A stretch of 35,234 nt of DNA from a virus (lineage: Duplodnaviria; Caudoviricetes), in the IMG/VR virus record IMGVR_UViG_3300011339_000259, positions 1 to 35,234 of that record. One strand, given 5' to 3'. The notes under the pieces are model-generated. The model searched no databases, was not told the origin of the DNA, and saw only the letters and a program-made list of their open reading frames with translations. Position 1 is the first letter of the stretch. Each line of letters opens with the position of its first letter. Below, in pieces: positions 1 to 10,200 of this stretch. The position numbers and the translations under genes were made by a program.

Positions 1-342
1 AAGCTGTTCTTCAAGCCTGTGCGCTGGTTGACTGATGAGGAGTATGAGGTCATCAAGACCCAAGGCGAGAGCGCTGACGCACAACGTGCTGTGGTCATGA
101 CCGTGGCGCAAAGTGATGGTGTAAGAGCCAACGCTCCCAAGATGGTGCTGGCTGGTAAGCCTCCTGTCGTGGAAGTTGAGGAAGACGAAGCGCCTGTTGC
201 ACCTGCCAAGAAAGCCAAGGCCGCGCCCGTTGCCGATGCTGAAGACGAACCTGAAGTCCGCAAGGAAGCGGCGAAGCCGTCTGCTGTGCCTGCCAAGAAA
301 GGCAAGCTCGCTGACATCGTGTCCGACTGGGATGATGAATAA
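1..342 (+). CDS. C-terminal part of a probable phage single-stranded DNA-binding protein (5' truncated by window edge)
   Basis: Frame is open from base 1 (KLFFKPVRWLT...). A Pro/Ala/Lys/Glu-rich linker leads to an acidic-aromatic tail DIVSDWDDE typical of phage SSBs. Lies in the replication block. Confidence 0.55.
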   Translation, partial: KLFFKPVRWLTDEEYEVIKTQGESADAQRAVVMTVAQSDGVRANAPKMVLAGKPPVVEVEEDEAPVAPAKKAKAAPVADAEDEPEVRKEAAKPSAVPAKKGKLADIVSDWDDE

Positions 343-355
343 CTAGGAGACTTCA

Positions 356-586
356 ATGATTAAACCAGACACCGCAGAAACACAACTACAAATTGTGTAC
401 CGCTTAAACCACATCACGTATGTACCACACTACCGCAATAGTAGTGTTTTTGTTGGCCCCGGATACCCGCTTCGCACACAGGCACAGTATTCGGTCATGG
501 ATCTGCTTGCCGCAGGCGCTCAAAAAGATACGCTCGCTTTGTGGCATCGCAGTAGTACTGGCACCGTAAACGCAGAGAACCTATAA
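356..586 (+). CDS. Hypothetical protein, 76 aa
   Basis: Good SD (AGGAG) upstream of ATG 356; fills the gap in a co-directional operon. Confidence 0.7.
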   Translation: MIKPDTAETQLQIVYRLNHITYVPHYRNSSVFVGPGYPLRTQAQYSVMDLLAAGAQKDTLALWHRSSTGTVNAENL

Positions 587-593
587 GGAGTTT

Positions 594-704
594 CGCTAGG
601 CCGCAGTCGGCGGTTGCATTGCGTTGGGCGGGGTATTCAAAAAAACCTCGTTAGTTAAACCAAACCACCCAACGACTGCGTTTCCCGATCTGCGTGTCCT
701 AGCG
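594..704 (+). other. Long imperfect hairpin / candidate structured RNA or DNA element
   Basis: 594-610 CGCTAGGCCGCAGTCGG pairs with 685-704 CCGATCTGCGTGTCCTAGCG (17 bp, three single bulged T at 689, 695, 697). Inner stems are 622-628/668-674 and 629-634/645-650. Confidence 0.75.
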
Positions 705-714
705 CCCAAACAAC

Positions 715-993
715 ATGGCCTACTCACAAAAAACAATTGACGCGATCATGCGTGCCCCAAAGACTTCAGGCAACCAGCTTGGACGATGGGCGGCGCATCA
801 CAACTTCTCAGTTGTTCGCATCTCAAAAGCCTTGGGTGTGTCCCGACAGACTGTGTACAACTGGTTCGAGGGTGGCGACATCTTCCCAGCGTATGAGCAC
901 CGTGTCGATACGCTTTTAACAATCCTCAGATCAGCACATTCAGCCGACGACGCATGGAGAAAAATATGTCAGCACTACAACCTCGTACCTTAA
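715..993 (+). CDS. Cro/XRE-like helix-turn-helix DNA-binding protein
   Basis: SVVRISKALGVSRQTVYNWFEG is a typical HTH signature. Confidence 0.85.
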   Translation: MAYSQKTIDAIMRAPKTSGNQLGRWAAHHNFSVVRISKALGVSRQTVYNWFEGGDIFPAYEHRVDTLLTILRSAHSADDAWRKICQHYNLVP

Positions 994-1154
994 CTAATCA
1001 GGAACTCATCAAGTACTTTGCCATGTATATGGAGGACAACGAATTCGGTGCGCCTGTTGAATGGCAGATTGAACTTCTGCGCCGCTTCACTGCTGTTGCA
1101 CCAGACAAAGAGTTTCCCCTGCGCGACCCCAACCAACTCGACCTGTTCTCTTAA
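966..1154 (+). CDS. Small protein (62 aa) with C-terminal beta-clamp-binding motif QLDLF
   Basis: GGAG at 956-959 precedes ATG 966 (preferred over 954); ends NQLDLFS*. Confidence 0.75.
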   Translation: MSALQPRTLTNQELIKYFAMYMEDNEFGAPVEWQIELLRRFTAVAPDKEFPLRDPNQLDLFS

Positions 1155-1169
1155 ACCCAAAGGATTCCC

Positions 1170-4055
1170 ATGACTCCGCTTGAATTTCTAGCGGTTGTTT
1201 TGCCGTCTCCGGATAACGGGTTGTACTGTGCGGCAGAGCTAACTACAAAAAAGAAAGAACACACGTTTGTTCAAAAGATCGAGGAGATAGAACCAACCGT
1301 AGGTAAATGGGTTAAACAGAACAAGGACATCTATTTTGCGTTGTCCACGTTTGAGCAGTCGGGTAAGCGCACAGCAGACAACGCTCGCCATATTCGTTCT
1401 TTGTTCATTGACATGGATGGGTATGAAACCAAGAAGGCTGCTGCCCTTGCGCTGGATGGGTTCCTTGCCAAGACCGGCATCGACCTGTTAGGTAGTCCGT
1501 ATATTGTCAATTCAGGCGGTGGACTGCACTGCTACTGGCCGTTCACAGAAGATGTGACGGTTGATGCGTGGAAGCCTGTTGCCGAGAACTTCAAGCGCCT
1601 GTGTAAGCAGGAAGCTTTGAGCATCGACATGACTGTGACCGCAGATGCGGCGAGGGTGCTACGCATCCCTGAGACGTTCAACAACAAGGCTAAGTACGCT
1701 ACGCCGCGCCCAGTGCGCATACTAGCCGAAGGTGACACGTTTGACTTTGATGACTTAGCCAACCACATTCAGAGCCAACTCAAGAACGCACCACCACCCC
1801 TACCACCCAAGGGCAAGACCGACCTAGCGTTGCCGGGCAAGCGCCCTGAGATGGCGCTATCAGCGACAACAGTCAAGCTGTTTGAGAACAGCGTCACAAA
1901 GTTTAAGCACATCTACAAGAAGACCAAGGATGGCACAGGCTGTGACCAACTCAGGTACTACGTTGAGAACGCAACCGAGGATGGGATGGAACCACTGTGG
2001 CGTGGGTGGCTGAGCATTGCACAGAAGTGTGAGGATGGAGAGAAGGCGGCAGTATGGCTGTCTGACCTGCACCCCTACCCCCACGAGCGTATGCACCAGA
2101 AGCTGGCTGAGATCAAAGGCCCATACCCTTGCGTGAAGTTTGACTCAGAGAACCCCGGCATCTGTGACGGGTGTCCACATCGGGGCAAGATCACCAACCC
2201 GCTGGCGCTTGGGCGTGAGACGGCGGTGACCACAGCCGAGACCACCATCGAGGTTGAGAACGGCAACAAGCAACTTATCCGACCTGAACCGCCGCGTGGC
2301 TACGCATATGGCATACGGGGTGGCGTGTTCATGGAGAAGGAAGACACAGACGCTAACGGTCAAGTCACCAAGCGTCAGATCATGCTGTTGCCCTACGACA
2401 TGTTCCCTGTGGATATCTTGAGCCATAACGGTGAACATCTTGTGCATATGTTGGCTGTGCGTGACTACAAGGTGCAGGCCGTATCGTTTCCACAGAAAGC
2501 TGTGGTTAGCAAGGACGAGACAGTCAAAGCGTTGGCTCAGCAGAACGTCTTGGCTACCTTTGGCTCGGGAAACGACAAAAATTTATATGACTATGTAAGG
2601 GCATGTGTGGAAAAAATGAGTAGCGAAAAGAAACCAATTGAAGTACCAGACCACTGCGGCTGGCAACAAAACGACACCTTTGTGTGGGGCGGAAAGATTT
2701 ACTCTCCGAATTTAGAAGCCATTGAGGTGCCCATGCCCGGCCTTGAGAACATCACGATGAACTCCAAGCCTGCCGGAACACTGGAGAACTGGCGCAGGTT
2801 CATCGACCTGCTGGTGCGCAGGAAACTGTGGGATCACCTAGCCATCATCCTCGTGGGTGCTGGCTCACCGCTGATGCGTTTCACGAAACTGCACGGCTTG
2901 ACCGTTCACTGCGCCTCAACTGACTCGGGTACTGGCAAGTCGCTGGCGCTGGAGGGTGCGGCATCTATATGGGGGCATCCAACCCACTACCGCACAGGTG
3001 CTGGCACTTCTCCTGTTGCAATGCAGCAAAGGCTGGGTCTTCTGCACAGCAACCCGCTGATTACGGACGAGATCACCAGCAAGAACCGCGATGAGTTTGA
3101 GTGGTTCCCTGCCTTCTTGCTTAGTATGACCGAGGGGCGCGGCAAAGAGCGCATGGAGTCTGGAGCCAACAAAGAACGCTTGAACCTGTCTACATGGGCA
3201 GCGATGGCGATCATGTCATCAAACACCCACGCCGTGGACTACCTGACTGGTACACGCAAGCACGCTTCTGAGGGTGAGCTTCGCCGCTTGATTGAATACA
3301 TCATGGACGAGAAGCTGGAATGGACTGCGGACGAGATTGAGATCATCAAGTCTTTGAGTAGTAACTATGCGGTGGCTGGTGTTGTCTTAGCGCAGTACAT
3401 GGTGGACAACATTGAGATGGTTGATACGCTGGTGCTTCAGACTGTTCGCCAGATGTACACCGAGTACAAAGCCCCCAACGACGAGCGGTTCTGGATGGCA
3501 GGAGTTGGCTGTGCCATAGCCGCGGGTATCTTGATGAACAACGAACATGCGGGTATTGCTGAGTTCCCCTTGGTGGAGATCATTGAGAGTTTCCGCAAGC
3601 GTATCAATCACCAGCGCGGCAGTATCAAGGGCAGCTATCGCAGTGCCGAGGACGTACTCAACGCATTTGTGCAGGAGTACCAAGGCAAGTTTGTTGTGGT
3701 GCGTTACGGCGAGAAGGCTGGCCCACTAGCGCACTTGGGAGACGGCTCGATGGTAGATAAAAATACCACTCGCGCAGAGGTTATGGGGCGGGTCGAGCAC
3801 GGCGTAACCGCAGGCCATGTAGACTTCTTCATTGAAGAGCGTATGCTCAAGTCATTCTGTTCCAACATGAGCTTTGGTTATGCCAACTTCAAGCGGTATC
3901 TTGAAGCGCAGTTTACGGTTTCGTATGTAGCTAAGAAAGACATGATGGCCAAGACAAGCGCACCGCCTATGCGTGTATCCGCTATGAAAATCAGCCGCGC
4001 TGTGACTGAAGTCGATGAAACTCTTATCAATCAAATACCCTTGGCAAAAGACTGA
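1170..4055 (+). CDS. Primase-helicase fusion: RepB'-like AEP primase, PriCT-like helical and Cys-rich region, DUF927-type region and P-loop helicase
   Basis: AEP motifs FIDMD, SGGGLHCYW, ARVLRIP; EPLWRGWLSIA; PYPC...CDGCPH; Walker A SGTGKS and Walker B ITDE; GRGKER arginine motif. Confidence 0.9.
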   Translation: MTPLEFLAVVLPSPDNGLYCAAELTTKKKEHTFVQKIEEIEPTVGKWVKQNKDIYFALSTFEQSGKRTADNARHIRSLFIDMDGYETKKAAALALDGFLAKTGIDLLGSPYIVNSGGGLHCYWPFTEDVTVDAWKPVAENFKRLCKQEALSIDMTVTADAARVLRIPETFNNKAKYATPRPVRILAEGDTFDFDDLANHIQSQLKNAPPPLPPKGKTDLALPGKRPEMALSATTVKLFENSVTKFKHIYKKTKDGTGCDQLRYYVENATEDGMEPLWRGWLSIAQKCEDGEKAAVWLSDLHPYPHERMHQKLAEIKGPYPCVKFDSENPGICDGCPHRGKITNPLALGRETAVTTAETTIEVENGNKQLIRPEPPRGYAYGIRGGVFMEKEDTDANGQVTKRQIMLLPYDMFPVDILSHNGEHLVHMLAVRDYKVQAVSFPQKAVVSKDETVKALAQQNVLATFGSGNDKNLYDYVRACVEKMSSEKKPIEVPDHCGWQQNDTFVWGGKIYSPNLEAIEVPMPGLENITMNSKPAGTLENWRRFIDLLVRRKLWDHLAIILVGAGSPLMRFTKLHGLTVHCASTDSGTGKSLALEGAASIWGHPTHYRTGAGTSPVAMQQRLGLLHSNPLITDEITSKNRDEFEWFPAFLLSMTEGRGKERMESGANKERLNLSTWAAMAIMSSNTHAVDYLTGTRKHASEGELRRLIEYIMDEKLEWTADEIEIIKSLSSNYAVAGVVLAQYMVDNIEMVDTLVLQTVRQMYTEYKAPNDERFWMAGVGCAIAAGILMNNEHAGIAEFPLVEIIESFRKRINHQRGSIKGSYRSAEDVLNAFVQEYQGKFVVVRYGEKAGPLAHLGDGSMVDKNTTRAEVMGRVEHGVTAGHVDFFIEERMLKSFCSNMSFGYANFKRYLEAQFTVSYVAKKDMMAKTSAPPMRVSAMKISRAVTEVDETLINQIPLAKD

Positions 4056-4215
4056 GCCGGGGCAGGGGTTCTTCATACCCTGCCTAGACACCGATGCTGT
4101 CCGCACCGAAGGTTTAAATCAGGCGCTCAAGCACCGGATATTCAACGCCAAAGCTACCCCGTGTATACGGGGCGGTCTTATTGGGGTGCTGTTTTATCGA
4201 GCACGTTCCTCATAG
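4015..4215 (+). CDS. Small hypothetical protein, 66 aa
   Basis: Overlaps the primase 3' end. YPW...GQGFFIPC resembles small phage proteins often found after replication genes. Confidence 0.65.
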   Translation: MKLLSIKYPWQKTEPGQGFFIPCLDTDAVRTEGLNQALKHRIFNAKATPCIRGGLIGVLFYRARSS

Positions 4216-7200
4216 TATCGGCAATCTTGATACGCAATCTTTGTAGCTTGTCAAGCGCGGCTCTCTTTTCATCAGGGGTCATGCTGGACGCTTTGACTGC
4301 GTTCATGGCTTGCGTAATTTTGAACAACTGGGTTTTAGCGTTACCAGCAATTGACGCCGATGCTATCTCGTTCACGTTCTCTTGCAAGAACGCTCTGGCT
4401 TCAGCCGTCTCACCCTTCTTAATCATGTCGTCGTAGGTACGCTTGACTTCCATGATGTGTTCCATGCGGTCGTAAGTTGCATTGATGATGCCGCCAGCAT
4501 CATTGGGCTGGAACATGGAGCCAATCACAGGTGTATCAGACAGACGCTTGGTGGCTTCTTGTGGTCCCAGTTTCTCAGGCATTGCAAAACTAAAAGCCTG
4601 CGCTGCGGCCAAGCCCATCGTGCCTGTATAACCACGGATAAGGTTGTCAATCTTGATGGGTGAGTAACCGACCATTGCGCCAATTTCTTTGGCAAGCTCG
4701 GAAGTGTTATCACGGAAGCGTTGTTGTGGCAAAAGCTGTTGCTCACGTTTAGTTTCAAGTTCTCGTTGACCAAAGAACGAGTAGTTAGTGGCATTTTCAA
4801 ACAAAGGTTTGACTAGTGCAGGCACCAGCATGGATGAGCCGCCGGGAATGGTTTGGATGGCAATGGTCTTAAATGCTTTCCACGCTTCTTCACCGCCGTG
4901 TTTATCCGCCATGATATTGACCATCGCTTCTGGGATGCCTTTGAGGATGTAGCCAATCTCAAACGGGACAGGAAACTTGATAGGCTCGTCCAATCCGGGG
5001 ATGCGGATAAAGAAATTGCCATACTTCTCATCAGGGCGTGCGTTTTTGTACGCCTCATCATCTTGCATCATCAGGGCATACGCAACAGCCGTCGCCATAA
5101 CAAGAGAACCTCGACGCAGTAACTTACCCTGAATATCCAGACGCTTACTCATTGGCATCTGACCGCTAATAGCTCTCCACAACACATCCAAGCTTTGCAC
5201 TTGGGAGTTAAAGAACGGAATCATACTAGCCGCAATGTGCATGGATGGCGACAGTCCACGCTTGTTAAAGTTCATTGACTCCAGCGCCATGACTGTGGAT
5301 TCCATCTGCGAAAAACCTTGCCTGATGTACGAGTCATATTGAGCGCGACGAGTAGCAGCATCTGCCTCCATCGAAATGGCTTCGGCCTTGGCCACAAACT
5401 GCGACAGCCCCACGCGCCCACCCATCAAGTCTTTCAGTATGCGAGCCAAATCTTGATTTGTACCTGTGTAAACCTGACCGCCAGTAATACCGCGTGCTTC
5501 TAATTTTTGTTTTGTCGCACTATTGCCCAAAGCTCTGAGCGCACCAAAAGGGCCAGCAAAGTCAGCGCCCGATAATAACGGGGCGGCAACTGAGTCACGC
5601 AATATTTGCCTAACGGGGTACAAAGGACTCAGCATTACACCCTTACGCACAACACCAGAAGCAAAACCCATTGCTCGAACCAGTGCGCTGGTATTGACAG
5701 GAATACCTTCCATACCCTTGACCAACAAGTCAGCGGGGATACCCACAGCGTCAGTAGCAACACGAACAAACTTCTCTTCGCCTTTGTCTTTAAACCGCAC
5801 AATGTCTGGCGAAGCTGTGTCTTTACCCAAGAACTGCGCCAAGTCCAAACCAACCAACTCAAACATAGCGTTCTTTGAGGCCAAGTTACGCAGGCCCACA
5901 TCCATAATCATGGAAGTGTTTTGCACAGAGCTTGTAGCAAAGTCAAGGATCTTGTCTTCGCCGCCAATCAACTCACGCAATTGGGGCTGGTCTGCAAGGT
6001 TACCAATGCGGTACACACCTTCTTTGCCAATTACCAACTCCGCATTGCCGTTTTGCTCGCGGTAGTAGGGTATGTAGTCGTTAGTAGCGGCAAGCTCATC
6101 GGCCACGCTTGGGGGCAGTACACCTGTGTCTTTCAAGAAGTTCATCAAGTCTTTGTTGTACTTGTTGTATTCAGTACGCGCTTCCTCAAACACATCCCGC
6201 AGTGCTCTGTTGCTTTCAATGTTACGCACAGCTTGTTTAATTGCGTTCTCGTCAACACTAAAGTTCAGCTTGTCGTAGCCCACGCGGTCAGCACGTTTGC
6301 CAAGCAAGTACAGCGTGAACAATTGGTTAGCAGCTTCGCCGTTCATGTCGGGGGCCTTAGCCAGTGTGCGCACCACGTTGGCAAGATTAGCGCCGCTAAC
6401 GCTTTCAACAATGTACTCAGTACGACCATCAGGGCGCTTGTAGGCTACACGCTGGGGCACGCCGTTGCCAACGGCTTGCTGAACATAAGACATACGCTGG
6501 TCAGATGCCAACAGGTAGTGCATCATCTGCATACCTTTGAGAGGCTCCAACATATCCTTGGCCACTTTGTGCAAGGGTGCTAGCCTGTCCAAAAACTGGG
6601 TACGGAAGCCCAAACCAAGGTTGGCGTTGATCTGCTGCCCAATGGTTTTGGGTTTGGCAATTAGCTGGCTTGCCACATTAAGTTCGTTCTCAAACCCAAC
6701 GGCTTGTGCGCGTGCATACACTGGGCGCTCTTCTGTGCGCTCAACCATTTCCTCAATGGGCGGCGTGTCAGCAATACGCTTGGGTGCATTAATAGAAGCT
6801 TGTCCAAGCACAAGCGTGTCTTTGCCTTCAAACTCAAGCACAGTGTTGTTTAAGTCAACCAGTTGTTTAAGCAACGTTTGTTGATTTCTTTCAACACTTT
6901 CAAACTGCTTTGAGGCACTCGCATTAAAGTTTTCAACAAACTCAAACGGATCGCCATTGTCTCTAGATATGTAAATGGCTTCGTTTGTTTCTGCATCACC
7001 TTCTTCAACTATCTGGTCAAAAACTTTTTTGCCAAATGTTTTTTTAGCCGCAGTTTCAAACTGTGAAATAAACAATTTTCCAAAATCTGTTATTTGTTCA
7101 GCGGTTTCTTCACTTATGGCGTCGTCATACACGCCATCAAACAACTGTTGCATGTTTCCTGAAACACCTGCATCTTTTCCAAGTTTGTTTATTTGGTCTC

Positions 7201-10200
7201 TAATTTTTTCTTGAAATGCGTCCGCAAAATTAAAATCTTTTGTAACTTTAAAATAAAGTGTGTCCGGCAAATCAATGTTTAACGCCGACTGCGCATTTTT
7301 ATATAAGACCACATTACCAATATGCTTAGCACCTTCTATGCTAATTTGAGTGCTGCCGCCCCATTTACTTTCTACTTTTTCAATAAACGTATTTGGGTTT
7401 ACAACAACGCGGGGCTTGTTTTTATCCTTTGTATTAAAAGCGGTAATATCTTTAACTGTTTTTACTTTAGGTAAACGAAGCTCACCTTCAAAAACGCTAA
7501 TATAATTAGCCGCAAGTAAGTTAGGAAGTTCAACAACTTTATCTGAAGCAGCTAATGTTAAATTACTAACAAACTGTATTTGGTCTGGTGTAAATTCATA
7601 TTCTTTGTCACCAAAAGTAACCTTGAACTTTCCTTTGCGCATTCCGTAGTCGCTAAGCGTAAGACTGGAGTAAATCAAATGCCCGTTTTCATATGCGCTA
7701 TCAGCAAGCACTCTGTATTTTTTTGCAAAGAAATCAACAACAGAAGCAGGAGCCTCTGGGCGTATGCGCGTATGCCCATCAACAGTTTGAAAAGAAAGCA
7801 TTTTTTGAAATGCGTATTTGTCTGGTTTACCTTGGTTATCAAACAAATCAAAAAAGCTGCCATATGCATCTTTGTCTGATAACTCTGCTTCACCCTTGGC
7901 AACTTTGATAAGTTTTTCTTTGGTGGCAAACTCATCCAAATATGCTAAGCCGTTTTTAAAATTTTGTTTTCTAAGAAAGTCTTCAGCAATTTCTTGCTGT
8001 TCTTTGTTTAATGCTTGGTTGGGGCTGTTGCCGCGCACTTCACCAATACTGTCTGTACCATCCATACGCACGGCAACTTCAGGTCTACCTTGTTTATAGT
8101 AGACGTAGAAGTCTCCGTTTTTAAGTTGACCCCGCGCAGTGTTTTCACCTGCCGTACACCAACCTGTGCCTGCGCAACCTTTGCTCAGTTTAATTGCCAA
8201 GTCTTCGTTTTTATTTGGCGCTGCTTCAAGTTTGCGGTAATACGCTTCTAAAAAATCAATAGTGGGGTCTATGTTGCCTTGCTTTTCCAACAAAGGTTCA
8301 CCAGCCGTTTGGCGGCGGTTATTCTCGTTTTCAATAATAGATCTTTGATTTGAAGACAACCTTAAAGTTCGCGTGCGCGGTAAGGGCGGTTCACCACGAC
8401 GCGCAGGTACGGCTACCACAGCTTCAGCAATTCTTTCGCGGCCTGCTTTTTCTTCATAACGGCCTTGGTCAAACTTTTGCCAACCGTTTTTAAGTTCGTT
8501 CTCTTTGGCAGCGCGGTCAGCGCTTGTTTGCATACCATCAAGGAACGCCGCTTTTAAACTTTTACCGGCACGCAACTCGCGTATAACTGCGTCCGCAGCA
8601 TCGAGGCTGACAACGGCGACGTTGTGCCGGTTGTTATCAGCAATCTCAGCAATTTTTAAACGCCCTGTTTTGTCAGACAGAACAGCATACTTAGCCGCAG
8701 CTTTTGCAACCAAGGCATTTTCAGCCAGTGTGTACGAAGTATTACCGCGCATCAGTTTGATTAAAGCCTTCAAGTCGCTTTCGCGCTGGTCACGGATTTC
8801 TTCTGCTTCACGCACACGCAGGCGTTCGTTGTCTAGAGCCTTTAGCGCCACAAACACAGTTGGCTCTGCTTCAACATAGTGCACGGGGTTGTTTACATCA
8901 AAGAACTTGCCATCAGACATTTTTGTCTGTGCTTTGTAATCAAGCGAATCTTCTGTTGGCGCAGCAATGTACTTGTCAGGAGACCGCGCCATGTCTTGCA
9001 AGTAATCACTGGCAATGCGCTCAACGTCTTCAGGTGTGCGGTCTTTTGCTTTGATGTCTTTGCCAAACTGGTCGGCAAACTGTTTCATTGAGTTACTACC
9101 GTCGTGCAATGCGGCAATGTCTTTCTGCGACAAGCGTCTACTTACGGGCCGCTCTACACCTTCCAACTGGGTGCTGGAAGGAACCATCAACGCGTCAACA
9201 GACTGGAGCGCCGCGCCCAGCATAGTTTCTGGATGTTCAATACCCAACATGCGCAAGACAATGCTCTTGAAGCCTTCCCAAGCATCAGACAGTTTCCATT
9301 TCTTTTCCCGCATTTGCTCTTGCAAATTGCGGTTGGACATGACTTCAGCCACAAACTCCGACAAGCTGCCCTTGGCGCTGGCGCTGGTAATGCGGGGGTC
9401 GTTCTTGATAGCGTTGTGCAACGCCATGAGTTCGCGTTTGGCAATCAACTGGGTGCGTGACAACTGGCTTTCAGGTAATTGAATAACCCGCTCTGTGGCA
9501 GCGTGTACACCTTCATGCAGAAACACCTCTTGTGACAAACCACCGTTACGGCTCAAGCCAATAACTTTGCTGGTCGCCATACCCAGTACTTCTTTGCCGT
9601 CTTTATCAGTCAGCTTGTCTTTGATGGCAATGTCAGTAGCGTCAAGCAAAGTGGCTAAGCGTTGTGCCACAACGCGGTTTATCTTGCTGGCGTTCTTGTC
9701 GTTGGCAATGTCGGCGTAGGCCGCAGTGATGTCGTTTTCTTCAATGGCCGCAAGTTGCGTATCTGTAAGGTCAGGACTTTCAACCTCAACGCCACGGGCA
9801 AAACGGTCAGATTCTTTTTCAGCCGCTTTAGATTGGTTCAACGCTTCTTTTTGTTTTTCTTTTGTGTACCCAGATGTGGCTGCTTTTTCAACAGCCACAA
9901 TTTTGCTTTGGCGTTTTTGAATATTAGAAAGCTTTTGTTTTTGTAACTGTTCTTTGCCTTGCAGATCTTTAAAAGCATCGGTTAAACGCCCGGACACTTT
10001 GTGTTTGTTGTTGTCTTTAAGGTAATTAATGCGCCGTTGTATCTCAGCCAGTTTTGTTTTTGCTTCTATTAGCTTGTCTGTAACTGCTTCACCCACTTCA
10101 ACAGTTTTGTTAGATTTGCGTGGTTGAGATATGGCAGAGCCTGTCACTGCTTTAAGAAGTGCGGTTCCGCGTGTGGGTGTGAGACGCTCTGTTTTTTCAC

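Noticed and set aside
594-704. Integron attC site or self-cleaving ribozyme
   Set aside because: The extrahelical bases are suggestive, but there are no RYYYAAC/GTTRRRY boxes at the stem ends and no integrase. I could not match hammerhead, HDV or twister cores by eye.
5523-6884. Several 90-220 aa plus-strand ORFs inside the giant gene
   Set aside because: Antisense shadows expected from codon bias; no recognisable motifs.
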